A stretch of DNA of 64,000 bases from Candidatus Multivoradales bacterium (GCA_965248055.1 CBDFIJ010000004.1:3264001-3328000), one strand, 5' to 3'. Numbered from the stretch's first letter, positions 20,756 through 30,400 are shown. The notes: generated by a model not told the origin, from the sequence alone. Program-made: numbers and translations.

Positions 20756-21070
20756 ATGTCACATGCCAAGACCAAGCAGGATGTCCTGCAACGACTTCGC
20801 GCGAATACACCGCGCATTCGTGCGTTGGGCGTGCTGCGCATCGGGCTTTTTGGTTCCTTCACGCGCGATCAACAGAATGAAGGAAGCGACGTCGACCTGA
20901 TCGTGGAATTCGAGCCGGAGCGCAAGAGTTTCGACTCGTTTATTCAACTTTCGTTTTTCCTGGAAGAGCTTCTTGGTAGACGGGTCGACCTCGTGACCAC
21001 TCAAGCGCTTAGCCCCTACATTGGTCCCCATATTCTTGCCGAGGCGGTCTATGCTGACCTCGCCGCTTGA
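20756..21070 (+). CDS. MNT minimal nucleotidyltransferase antitoxin (MntA-like)
   Basis: LFGSFTRD...SDVDLIVEF (GSx10DxD) and LGRRVDLVT. Confidence 0.9.
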   Translation: MSHAKTKQDVLQRLRANTPRIRALGVLRIGLFGSFTRDQQNEGSDVDLIVEFEPERKSFDSFIQLSFFLEELLGRRVDLVTTQALSPYIGPHILAEAVYADLAA

Positions 21071-21422
21071 CTACCTACGCCATATCCGTGATGAGGCGAG
21101 TTATCTGCTGGATCGCTCCGGTAGCATGGGTAAGGAAGAGTTCTTGCGCGACGAGACGGTGAAACGCGCTTTCGTTCGGAGCATCGAAGTCATTGGCGAG
21201 GCCGCCAAGAAAGTTCCGGCAGAACTGAGAGAGCGGCACACCCAGATCGACTGGCGCGCCATGTCCGGCATGCGGGACCGTCTAATTCACGGCTATTTCG
21301 GTGTCGACTACGAGATCGTCTGGGACGTAGTGGCGAACAAGGTGCCGGAGCTTCATGAGTACATCAACACCATCCTGGAGGAAGGCTCGGACCTGCCGTC
21401 GGGGGAGGAGCGAGCGCCCTGA
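21051..21422 (+). CDS. HEPN/DUF86 ribonuclease toxin (HepT-like)
   Basis: EVIGEAAK and [14 protein letters not shown] (Rx4HxY); overlaps the MNT gene. Confidence 0.9.
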   Translation: MLTSPLDYLRHIRDEASYLLDRSGSMGKEEFLRDETVKRAFVRSIEVIGEAAKKVPAELRERHTQIDWRAMSGMRDRLIHGYFGVDYEIVWDVVANKVPELHEYINTILEEGSDLPSGEERAP

Positions 21423-21425
21423 GAT

Positions 21426-21550
21426 TGGTCGAGACCATAGAGGAGTACTTCGGCTCCTGCACAAACTACGGCGAGTGCGACGCGGTGTGTCCGAAGGGGA
21501 TTGCTTTGGAGTTTATTGCCAGGATGAATCGGGATTGGGTGCGGGGGTAG
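21426..21550 (+). repeat. second copy of the sdhB 3' end (125 bp)
   Basis: Ungapped match to 20434-20558 with about 13 mismatches (hand count). Confidence 0.95.
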
Positions 21551-21558
21551 GGGGTTAG

Positions 21559-21798
21559 GTGTCTCCCACCGTTCGGCGCATCGGACCGTACCGTTTCTTT
21601 TTCTACAGCAACGAAGGCACCGAGCCTTCACATATCCATGTTCAGCGCGATCATCGCGTGGCTAAGTTTCGGCTAGATCCGGTGCGATTGGCGCGTACCG
21701 GGCACTTTCCAGATCACGAAATTCGTGAGGCCGAGGCGTTAGTGCGAGATAATGAAGCCGAACTATTGGAGGCATGGCATGAGTTCTTCGGTCGTTGA
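21559..21798 (+). CDS. DUF4160 family protein (putative TA component)
   Basis: PTVRRIGPYRFFFYSNE..EPSHIHV...AKF...LLEAWHEFFG. Confidence 0.85.
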   Translation: MSPTVRRIGPYRFFFYSNEGTEPSHIHVQRDHRVAKFRLDPVRLARTGHFPDHEIREAEALVRDNEAELLEAWHEFFGR

Positions 21799-22033
21799 GA
21801 AAATTGCCCTGGCGAGCAGGGTAGAAGTTACCGCAACCGATTTGCGGGTGAACTTGGTCGATGGGCGGCAGATTGTGGTGCCCCTCTCGTGGTTCCCACG
21901 ATTGGAGCAGGCGACGCCGGAAGCCAGGAAGAACTGGGAGTTGCTTGGCGGTGGCGAGGGAATTCACTGGCCGGATGCTGATGAGGATTTGAGTGTGGCA
22001 GGGTTGTTGGGTGGGTCGGTGGTTGCTGGATGA
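21779..22033 (+). CDS. DUF2442 family protein (putative TA component)
   Basis: LVDGRQIVVPLSWFPRL...GIHWPDADEDLSV. Confidence 0.88.
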   Translation: MSSSVVEKIALASRVEVTATDLRVNLVDGRQIVVPLSWFPRLEQATPEARKNWELLGGGEGIHWPDADEDLSVAGLLGGSVVAG

Positions 22034-22043
22034 GCCTAGCGAT

Positions 22044-22206
22044 CCAAGGCCAACCTGAACGCACTCGCCGGGTGCAAAACATGGTCGACACCATGGAGGA
22101 GTACTTCGGCTCCTGCTCGAACTACGGTGAGTGTGAGGCGGTGTGTCCGAAGGGGATTTCGCTGGAGTCTATTGCCCGGATGAATCGGGATTGGGTGCGG
22201 GGGTAG
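22044..22206 (+). repeat. third copy of the sdhB 3' end (163 bp)
   Basis: Ungapped match to 20396-20558 with about 15 mismatches (hand count). Confidence 0.95.
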
Positions 22207-22212
22207 GGGTAG

Positions 22213-22899
22213 ATGGCGGTCGCGTTCGACCGTGAGTTGGCGAGGCCAGTGTATGAAGATCTTGCCCACCTGCAAGAGAATTGGAACCAGCAGGCTACTG
22301 ACGCAGTTCTGCGTCGCGAGAGTACAGTTCTGCGGCGCTTGCTTGTTGACGGGCATTTGTCTCGCGTCGCGAGTAGCATCGGCATCAAGTATCGCCTCCA
22401 AGTAGGCTGTCTTTGTGAGTTCTATACAACGGAGCGGTTAAAGGGCTATGAATATTGGATGGCCCCTTATGTAAAGTACAAGGGCGCGGCAGTTCAAATG
22501 GCGTCTATACGGAACCGGGCGGTAACTGAAAATGAGCTCAAAATCGAGCATGAGGCTCGAAAGGCGTTGGCTGATAAGTCGAAGGCGATCAGCGTACCGA
22601 AGTACCTGCAGTTGCCAGCCATGGTTGTTGAGGGAATCATAGTTAGGCATCAAGGTGTAATTCAGTTTGTATGCAACAAGCTGGGCGGGGCACACTACGA
22701 TCGGAGTCGTAAGAGGCAACGAGATCAACAATTTGTTCTTCTGGACAAGGTTCGGTCCGGCGATTTTCAGGTGCTGGGAAAGGATGCAGTGTACTTACAG
22801 TTGTTAGGTGTCGGCCAGGCAATCGCTACGAATCAAATCACTTATCGGGTGATGTCCCGGCTGAGGAGTATGGGAATCGAACAACCTAGCAAGGATTGA
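22213..22899 (+). CDS. hypothetical protein (lower GC; NKLGGAHYD motif)
   Basis: 228-aa ORF starting 6 nt after the third sdhB-end copy. Confidence 0.75.
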   Translation: MAVAFDRELARPVYEDLAHLQENWNQQATDAVLRRESTVLRRLLVDGHLSRVASSIGIKYRLQVGCLCEFYTTERLKGYEYWMAPYVKYKGAAVQMASIRNRAVTENELKIEHEARKALADKSKAISVPKYLQLPAMVVEGIIVRHQGVIQFVCNKLGGAHYDRSRKRQRDQQFVLLDKVRSGDFQVLGKDAVYLQLLGVGQAIATNQITYRVMSRLRSMGIEQPSKD

Positions 22900-23019
22900 C
22901 TATATCGAGTAGATGTCAGCCGAAATTAGGTGCCACCCGAATAAATGAGATTTGAACGGTTGTACAAAGCATCGTGAAACTCGGACCTCTGGGAATAGGT
23001 GCCACTTATTAGGCGGCGT

Positions 23020-23395
23020 TATGTCAAGGGGTACATCTTTTCTTTCCGGGTGGGGGGCGTCCCGGTATTGAGTGATCAAAGAAAGGCAGCGCTAGTTTTT
23101 TGGGTCTCATTAAGTAGGAGTCGATGACGCTCCAGCCACTCATCAGGATCTAGGTAGTCGAGTTATCAGTCCTCGGTACCCCAGGCAGTATCGTGCCCCA
23201 GAAACCCGTTGGTCTCGATTCCGTTTCCATGAGAAGGGATTCAGTCGCATGGTTTTCGAGCTAGTAGCTCGATCCAGCCCCTGGTTGGTTGACGGAGTCG
23301 TGCGCCACCGGTGCAAGTAAGAGAGATCGAGGCCGCTTCCACTCAGATGATTGGTTATTAACACAGCATCTTTCTGGTTGGCGGCCTCGATCTCA
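23020..23395 (-). ncRNA. putative seek/bridge RNA region with multiple loops
   Basis: About 380 nt of non-coding sequence 3' of the transposase; perfect 14-bp stem at 23323-23336/23381-23394 and further stems. Confidence 0.55.
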
Positions 23396-24412
23396 TTAGC
23401 CAAACAGCCTTTCGGGCTGGTAAGGCGCTTGATCCCTCATCATGAAGTAAGCAGCGCGTGCGAGCTTGTGGGCAAGAGCCCTGGTGGCGAGAAGGGAGCC
23501 GGATCGAGATCGTTTCTTGTCATGCCATTTGCGTGCTTTGGGCTGCCAACGGACGGCAAAGTGTGCGGCTTCGTGAAATGCCCAGGACAGGTAGGGGTTG
23601 CCGTTCTTGCGCAGTCCATGTCCTTTGATCCGTTGATTGGAGTTTCTCTCGGCTTTGACCAGTCGGCAGTAGGAGACGTAGTTACCCACTTTGGGGAAGC
23701 GATTGATATCTCCGGTCTCATATTGGATGGTCGCAGCAAGAGTCGCTCCGATGCCAGGGATGGAGGTGAGCAAGCGGTAGCTGTCTTCCAGAACTGCCTG
23801 CTCGCTAATGGTCTTTTCGATTATCTCGATTTGTTCATCGAAGGCCTCGATCATCGCCAGCGAAGCGATCATCGAGAGTTGGTCATTTGGATCGTCGATC
23901 CAGTTGCTGATGTCTTTGACGGTGACCTTGTTCAAGGCGTTGGCAGACAGTCGCTTGGCTGTGGTGCGTTCAAGGACATTGCGCAGGCTGAGTTTATTGG
24001 CCGAGCGCTGGCGAACCAGCTGAGTGCGTCGACGCAGAAGATCCCGTACCGCTCGTTTTTCCGGTGGGTAGATCCACCCCGTGGGCAAGATCCCGAGTCT
24101 CAGCATGTGGGCCAGCCACCGGGCGTCGGTTTTGTCGTCGGTATGCTTGAGACCTTGATACTGCTGGGCTGCCAGAGTGTTGACCAAATGCACCTTGTAG
24201 CCCGAGTCCTTAAGACCATCGACCAGCCAATACCAGTTGAAGGTCGATTCAACCGCAATGCCCTCCATCTTTCCAGCATAAGGTTCCAGGCCCGAGCGGA
24301 TGGATTCAAGGTCGTTGCGGTAACGCTTTGCCTTAACCATTTGGTCAGACTCGTCAATAACCGCCAAATAGCTGTTGTTTGCGTGAAGGTCGATCCCGGC
24401 GTACAGTCCCAT
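23396..24412 (-). CDS. IS110 family transposase
   Basis: GIDLH, VESTFNWYWL, TDDKTDA, SIPGIG, GNPYL and HKLARA. Confidence 0.93.
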   Translation of the reverse strand: MGLYAGIDLHANNSYLAVIDESDQMVKAKRYRNDLESIRSGLEPYAGKMEGIAVESTFNWYWLVDGLKDSGYKVHLVNTLAAQQYQGLKHTDDKTDARWLAHMLRLGILPTGWIYPPEKRAVRDLLRRRTQLVRQRSANKLSLRNVLERTTAKRLSANALNKVTVKDISNWIDDPNDQLSMIASLAMIEAFDEQIEIIEKTISEQAVLEDSYRLLTSIPGIGATLAATIQYETGDINRFPKVGNYVSYCRLVKAERNSNQRIKGHGLRKNGNPYLSWAFHEAAHFAVRWQPKARKWHDKKRSRSGSLLATRALAHKLARAAYFMMRDQAPYQPERLFG

Positions 24413-24430
24413 TGGGTGCTCCTTTGTGGT

Positions 24431-25794
24431 GGATGTGTCCCGAATCTTGTGGAAATTGGTATTTGGCGTAGCGTCTCCCGCGGTCAGGTTTAGTTGATTC
24501 TAGTCCTACGCGGCTGCTTGACGGTCAAGCATCCGGTACAAGTCTTGGTAGCCGTTGATGCGGTGCATCCTGATCTGACCGAAAGCGACGAGTCCCCAGA
24601 GCAAGGTAACACCCGCTGCCTCAGTCGAGAATGAGCCTTGGGTCTTGGTACGGCGCCGAAACTCACGGTTGAGATTCTCCAGCGCGTTGGTGGTCCTTGT
24701 GGATCGCCACAATGATCTCGGTAAATCGTCGAAAGTGATCAGTTCCATCCCAGCCTCTTGGAAGCTCCTGGCTACTGCGGGCACCAGCTTGGACCACTTG
24801 GTAACAAAGATTGAATAACTCTCTCGGGCCTCCAGGGCATCTTGGGCTCGCAGCACTTGATCCCAGTCTCGCTTGAGCTCACCATGAGCATGCTTAGGGC
24901 AATGCTTCTTCAGGTTTTCCCACTTGTGCTGGATACAACGCTGGACTTTGGCCTCTGGCCAAGCCCTGACTCCTACCGCCAAACCCTTGTGGCCGTCTGA
25001 GACCAGGAGATGCGGTGCTTTCAAGCCCCTGCGTTTAAGATCTTCAATCAACCACTTCCAGTGACTGCCTGCCTCACTGGCTGCTAACCGTAGAGCTACC
25101 AGGACTTTGGTGCCATCTTCTCTTACCCCCAGAGCAGCCAACACCGGAGCTGACACCACGCGCCGAGCAAGCCGCACTTTCAAGTGAAAGCCATCAAGAA
25201 ACAAGATCGGGTAGCTTTCCTCAGACAGGCCTCGCTCACTCCAACGGGCAAAGTGCTCCTTCAAACGCGATACCACCCGAGACACAGCGCTCTTGGATAG
25301 ATGCTCCCTGCCCAGCAGTGGAGTCAAGGCCTTCTTGATCCGACGGCTGTTGGCCCCTGCTAGGTAGCAGCCGAGAATCGCTTCATCCACCTCTCGGGTG
25401 CGCCGCTGGTAGCGCTCAACAAGATGGCTTTGAAACTCCTCAGTGGATCCATCTTGGCCTACTACCCGACCACGAGGAATTCGCAGTTGCCGGGATCCGT
25501 ATCGGGTCGTGATCGTCCGCTCTTGTTTGCCGTTGCGATAGCCCGAGCGCTCACCTGAACGCTCGTACGCAACACAACCCAATGCGTCAGCAAGCTCTCC
25601 TTCTAGAACTATTTCGATTGCTTCCCGGATACGGTGCTGAAGCTTTGACTGGATATCTTGCTGGAAACGAGATGATTCCGGTCTCTGATTGGTACTCTTG
25701 TCCATGGCGTAGCCTCCTTTCGCCTACTCGGCGATGGGTTTTGACTACCGGAGGTTACGCCTTTCTCAATTTCCACAACAATCGGGACGGATCC
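24431..25794 (-). mobile_element. IS256-family element with 28-bp imperfect IRs and 8-bp TSD TTTGTGGT
   Basis: IRs ggatgtgtcccgaatcttgtggaaattg / caatttccacaacaatcgggacggatcc; TSD at 24423-24430 and 25795-25802. Confidence 0.92.
24506..25705 (-). CDS. IS256 family transposase
   Basis: GYRNG, LFLDG, VSDGHKG, QRCIQH and RTTNALENLNREFRRR. Confidence 0.93.
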   Translation of the reverse strand: MDKSTNQRPESSRFQQDIQSKLQHRIREAIEIVLEGELADALGCVAYERSGERSGYRNGKQERTITTRYGSRQLRIPRGRVVGQDGSTEEFQSHLVERYQRRTREVDEAILGCYLAGANSRRIKKALTPLLGREHLSKSAVSRVVSRLKEHFARWSERGLSEESYPILFLDGFHLKVRLARRVVSAPVLAALGVREDGTKVLVALRLAASEAGSHWKWLIEDLKRRGLKAPHLLVSDGHKGLAVGVRAWPEAKVQRCIQHKWENLKKHCPKHAHGELKRDWDQVLRAQDALEARESYSIFVTKWSKLVPAVARSFQEAGMELITFDDLPRSLWRSTRTTNALENLNREFRRRTKTQGSFSTEAAGVTLLWGLVAFGQIRMHRINGYQDLYRMLDRQAAA

Positions 25795-25934
25795 TTTGTG
25801 GTTGGCAGTGGATACTTCGGTAAGCCAAAGCTTGTCACTGCGGAGGAGCACCTATCTGAGGACTCCCCTTTCTGCCAACATGAGTGAGACACTTCCCCGT
25901 TCAACAATTAATGTAGGGCGGACGGAGGTAAATC

Positions 25935-26420
25935 ATGTTGAAGATAGATACAAATCGAAGTCTGGTTGGTTCGAGGGAGAGATCCTCGGCCTTACCGGAG
26001 GGGATCGAGGAGCGTAGCGACGAGAGCCCGGTAGGTGAGGCCGTCGCGCTCGACCCGGAGACCCTGGAGAAGCCCTATCGACGGCGTTTTAGCGCCGCGT
26101 ACAAGCTTGGCATTCTGGAGCAGGTTGATGCCTGCACCGCAGCGGGTGAAGTAGGAAGGTTGCTGCGTCGCGAAGGGCTTTACTCCTCACATTTGGCAAG
26201 CTGGCGCAAAGCGCGGCGCGAAGGCTCCCTGGCTGGACTTTCCAAGCGTCGCGGGCGCAAGGCAAAGCCGGTCAATCCCCTGGCCAAGAAAGTCCAGCAG
26301 CTTGAGCGAGAGAATGCGCGCCTTAGCGGTGAGCTTGAGAAAGCTCACTTGATTCTATATGTCCAGGGAAAAGTTGCCGGGCTGCTGGGATTGAGCTTCG
26401 ACGACGGGAAAAGTTCCTGA
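25935..26420 (+). CDS. IS3 family transposase OrfA
   Basis: RRRFSAAYKL..LLRREGLYSSHL..W HTH followed by a coiled coil. Confidence 0.88.
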   Translation: MLKIDTNRSLVGSRERSSALPEGIEERSDESPVGEAVALDPETLEKPYRRRFSAAYKLGILEQVDACTAAGEVGRLLRREGLYSSHLASWRKARREGSLAGLSKRRGRKAKPVNPLAKKVQQLERENARLSGELEKAHLILYVQGKVAGLLGLSFDDGKSS

Positions 26421-27424
26421 TGGCCGCAGTAGAGCTATCGAGCACGGTCGGTGTGAAGCCGGCGTGGCAAGCTCTCGGGGTTGCACGGGCCACTTACTAC
26501 CGTCGCCAGAAGCCATCCAATGGGCGAAAGCAGCCCCGACCAACTCCCGCCCGAGCGCTATCGAGCTATGAACGCGACCGAGTACGCGGACTTCTATGCT
26601 CGCCACGATTCGTCGATCGAGCCCCCGCTGAGGTGGTTGCCACCTTGCTCGATGAAGGCACTTATCATTGCTCTGAACGCACGATGTATCGCATTCTGGC
26701 TGCCGACAAAGCAACCAAGGAGCGACGCAACCAATTGCGCCGTCCACGCTATGCCAAGCCGGAGCTGGTGGCGACAGAGCCCAATCAAGTTTGGTCCTGG
26801 GATATCACTAAACTCAAAGGCCCAAAGACTTGGACTTGGTATTACCTCTACGTCTTACTCGATATCTTCAGCCGCTATGTGGTGGGCTGGATGGTGGCAT
26901 CAAGAGAAAGCAGTGCCCTGGCCAAGCGATTGATTCAAGATAGTTGTATCAAGCAGGGCACTGCCCCAGGAGAGCTCATCCTGCATAGTGACCGAGGGTC
27001 ACCAATGACCGCCAAAGGCACTGCCCAGCTCCTGGCTCAGCTCGGCGTCACTCGATCACTTTCCCGACCCAAGGTCCCGGACGACAATCCCTTTTCAGAA
27101 GCCCAGTTTAAGACCCTGAAATACCATCCGGGATTCCCCAGTCGTTTCGGCTCCATCGAAGACGCGCTCAGCTTTTGCCGACCTTTCTTTACTTGGTACA
27201 ACACCGAGCATCGCCACAGCGGGCTCTCGATGATGACCCCGGAAGATGTCCACTACGGACGCACTGTGCAGGTCCTCGACCACAGAACCAGTGTTCTGGC
27301 TGATGTTTTTCTCAATAAACCCGAGCGCTTCGTACGCGGCTGCCCGAAGCCAAAACCATTACCCGACGCTGTCTGGATCAACCCACCAGATCGGGATCGA
27401 TCATCGCTTGGCGATGCTCACTAA
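26420..27424 (+). CDS. IS3 family transposase OrfB (DDE)
   Basis: WSWDIT, DIFSR, HSDRG and DNPFSEAQFKTLK. Confidence 0.92.
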   Translation: MAAVELSSTVGVKPAWQALGVARATYYRRQKPSNGRKQPRPTPARALSSYERDRVRGLLCSPRFVDRAPAEVVATLLDEGTYHCSERTMYRILAADKATKERRNQLRRPRYAKPELVATEPNQVWSWDITKLKGPKTWTWYYLYVLLDIFSRYVVGWMVASRESSALAKRLIQDSCIKQGTAPGELILHSDRGSPMTAKGTAQLLAQLGVTRSLSRPKVPDDNPFSEAQFKTLKYHPGFPSRFGSIEDALSFCRPFFTWYNTEHRHSGLSMMTPEDVHYGRTVQVLDHRTSVLADVFLNKPERFVRGCPKPKPLPDAVWINPPDRDRSSLGDAH

Positions 27425-27464
27425 TTAAAGATGACGTGTGTCTCATTATCGTTGGCAGGTTCCG

Positions 27465-27767
27465 CTATCGCCTTCTGCCGCTCGTTTTTCCGCTGGTACA
27501 ACACCCAGCACCGTCACGCCGGCATCGCCATGCTGACACCCGAAGATGTCCACTACGGCAAGGCCGACCACAAGCTCAAGATCCGTCAACTGGCCCTTGA
27601 CCAAGCTTGGCGAAACAACCCACAGCGATTTGTCCGTGGAAGACCGACCGTTCAGCTATTACCGAGGGCCGTCTGGATCAACCCACCCAAACATCAGCGC
27701 ACCAAGGAGGTTGTCCCGATTCACTAATTAATTCTGCCAACTGTCTCAAAGTTGTTGACAGGTTCCG
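27465..27767 (+). pseudogene. 3' remnant and right IR of a second, related IS3 element
   Basis: FCRSFFRWYNTQHRHAGIAMLTPEDVHYG...AVWINPP; ends tgtctcaaagttgttgacaggttccg. Confidence 0.85.
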
Positions 27768-28839
27768 CTTTTGGACGCTGACTTGGGCCCGTCTGATCTT
27801 TGGATCGTCGTCACGAAGCCATCGGTGAGGGTGAACTCGGGTTCGGGCAGGCCCGCGGCAACGCATTTCCGGATCATGTCGCGAGTGCCGGTGCCCATGC
27901 GCTCGATGTATTTGGTGAGGTAGAGCGGTTCGGCGAGCAGCGGGTTACCGGGAATGGAACTGTGAGGCTGGCGCAGCTTGTCTAGGGTGAGCGCTGCGGG
28001 GAGAGTGCCGGGATTCCAGACCTCCAGCCGGTCTGTGAAGAGCATGACCTGGACGCTGCCATTGCTGTTGTAGTCGCGGTGGGCGACGGCGTTGACAATG
28101 GCTTCGGCGACCACATCACGCGGAATTTCGTATTCGACGGGCGCCTGCGGTCCTTGCACCCGGGTGCCGACGCTGAGGTTGATCTTGGACATCACGAAGT
28201 CGATAGCCTGATCCACCAGCTCGAAGGCAGTGCCCTTGTAGACCTGGTGGGAGGGAATGGGCTTGGCGGAAGGGGAAAGTTGCGCGCCTTGCGGGCGCGG
28301 GGCACGAAGCGGGCGATGTGCTCTGGATCGAGGTCGTCGAGGGAGGCCTTGCGAGCCGCGCGGGCGTCCCAAGGGGCACGGTTGAGACTACCGGTTTCCT
28401 CAAGGTAGTCGACGAGACTGGCATAGACGTCGGGCAGCAGGTCCGTGGATTGCTGGAAGCGTCGGCGCACGAGTTGGTTGCCAACTTCACGAACCAGCGT
28501 CTGCATTTCCGGGTGCTTGTTTTCGTCACTAGCGCCTTTGACGAAGATCAGTCGGGTCTTGCCGAGGTCGGTGGCATGGTTGAACTCTCGGTGGGTAGGC
28601 GAGAGCCCGTCCGGGTTCTCCCATCCATACTCATCGCCGAACAGGCCGAGGTAAACATCGCACTTTGCGACTTGATCGAGGTAGACCTCGTCTGGCTGAC
28701 GGTCTGAAGCCGGAACATCGCGCTCAAACAAGAATGCCTCGAAGAAACGTCGTAGCAACGGATCGTTGGAGAGATACTCTGCCAGTGCTTTCCGCTCTTC
28801 GGCGAACTCCTTCTGCACACTGCTGATGAAGATCTTCAT
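27768..28839 (-). pseudogene. DUF4062 plus RecG-like/HATPase-type C-terminal protein; internally deleted, frameshifted and IS-truncated
   Basis: MKIFISSVQKEF N-terminus; EAIVNAVAHRDY...NPG...IERMGTG in another frame; break near 28265. Confidence 0.75.
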
Positions 28840-30400
28840 GCGGTGATACCGATCTTTTCCAGAATCTTCCGCAGGTCCTTGTCGGTCTTCTGGGCCTCGC
28901 CCTCAATCGCATTCAGTTCCGCGACGATCTCCACAATCGGCCGATAGGTCTCGGCGTCGGCTGTGTGGATGTAGCGGCTGGGGGATATGTTGTAGTCGGT
29001 TTTTTTCAGCTTTGCATGATCGACGATGCGGCTGAGTTTTTCTTCTTCCTTCCAGTTGGCGAGGACATCGGCGATGCGGTCGATCCCCTCGGGCGGGAGG
29101 AAGTTCTTGGGGTCTCCCTTTTTGAAGACCTGACTGGCGTTGACGAGCAGGACCTTACCTGCCCGAGTCTTGGGCTTGTCCCGGTTGAGAAAGAGGACGA
29201 TGCCCGGGGCGGGAGTGTTGTAGAACAGGTTCTCGGGCAGGTAGAGGACGCTCTCGATGAGGTCGTGGTCGACGAACCACTGGCGGACGGTTTTTCCTTG
29301 TCGGTATTCGCATTACCCGAACCGCGGGAGGCGGCGCCGGTGTCGAGCACCACGGCGGCGCGGCCCTCGGGCTTGAGGCTGGCGTGTATGTGTTGCACCC
29401 ATCCCCAGTCGGCCGAGGATTTACCAGGGAAGCCGGCCCCGGCGGGGAAGCGGTCTAGTTCGTCAGCGTCGTAGTCTTTCTCAGAGTACTCCTTCTGGTT
29501 CCACATCGGGTTGGCGACTACGCGGTCGAAGGTGCGCAGTTTGCCGCGCCTGCGGAACTTGGGATTCTTGAAGGTGTCGCCGATCTCGATCTGACCCTCC
29601 ATGTCGTGGATGATCATGTTCATGTTGGCCATGGCCCAGGTTTCGGGGATGTATTCTTGCCCGTAGAGTTTGAGCGGGGCGAAAGTACGCTTCTTCTGGC
29701 CCTTGGTCTTCGATTCCATGGCGATCTCGCACTTGATAAGCAGACCGCCGGAACCGCAGCATGGGTCGTAGATATCCATGCCGGGCTCGGGAGCCAGCAC
29801 CTTAGCCATGATCTCGCCGACTTCGGGTGGGGTATAGAACTCGCCGGCGCTCCTGCCGCTGCCTTCAGCAAATTTGCGGATCAAGTATTCGTAGCTCTTG
29901 CCGATGATGTCGGCTTCCACGTCGTCGAGTCCCAGGCGCTTGGTGCTGATGGCCTCGATGAGGTTGGAGAGGCGGTCGTCGTCGAGATCACGCTGGCCGT
30001 GGGTAGTGGCGTTGAAGTCAACGCGGTCGATGATGCCCTGCAGCAGCGGGTTTTGCTTGGCAATCGCCCGCATGTGGCTGGTGACGCCTTCGCCGATCTT
30101 GTCTGAGAGCTTACGGATGACCGACCAAACGGGCTGCTCAGGGTCCTTCGGTACCAGTGGCAGATAAAAGCGGACCAGCTTGTGGTCGGCTTTGGCGAGT
30201 AGGAAGGCCTTGTCGCGCGAACCGACCTCGGCGGCGATGCGGTTTATCTCGTCGTCAAAAACGTCGCACAGGCGCTTGGTGAAGACAAGCGGCAGGATGT
30301 AGTCCTTGTACTTGGGCGCGTCCTTAGCCCCGCGGATAGAGCAGGCGGCATCCCAGATCCAGGATTCGAGGGATTTGACCTTGTCGCTGCTCTTGCCCAT
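28836..30400 (-). pseudogene. hsdM: type I restriction-modification M subunit with a 1-nt frameshift near 29293
   Basis: GEFYTP, YDPCCGSGG, ANPMW; continues ESVLYLPENLFYNT...YNISPSRY in another frame. Confidence 0.85.

Larger units (their letters stand above)
23005..25860 (-). mobile_element. IS110-family (IS1111-like) element interrupted by IS256; ends approximate
   Basis: Transposase at 23396-24412; long structured 3' region ending CTTGACA...CCGCCTAATA; leader resumes beyond the IS256 TSD (GGTGCTCC/GGAGCACC repeat pair). Confidence 0.7.
25866..27464 (+). mobile_element. IS3-family element
   Basis: IRs ..TGCCAAC..GAGACAC / GTGTCTC..GTTGGCA..; orfA-orfB layout. Confidence 0.88.

Noticed and set aside
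20396-22206. sdhB tail repeats as a DGR template/variable repeat pair
   Set aside because: The mismatches are not adenine-specific, are mostly synonymous, and no reverse transcriptase is present.
20396-22206. sdhB tail repeats as a simple assembly duplication
   Set aside because: The copies differ by about 10%, have different lengths and have unrelated flanks. Long-read confirmation is still advisable.
23008-23026. GGCGTTATGT as an integron attC core
   Set aside because: No matching inverse core or attC hairpin was found; it is better explained as the IS110 right end (CTTGACATAACGCCGCC on the minus strand).
23351-24493. 380-aa plus-strand ORF
   Set aside because: Antisense shadow of the IS110 transposase.
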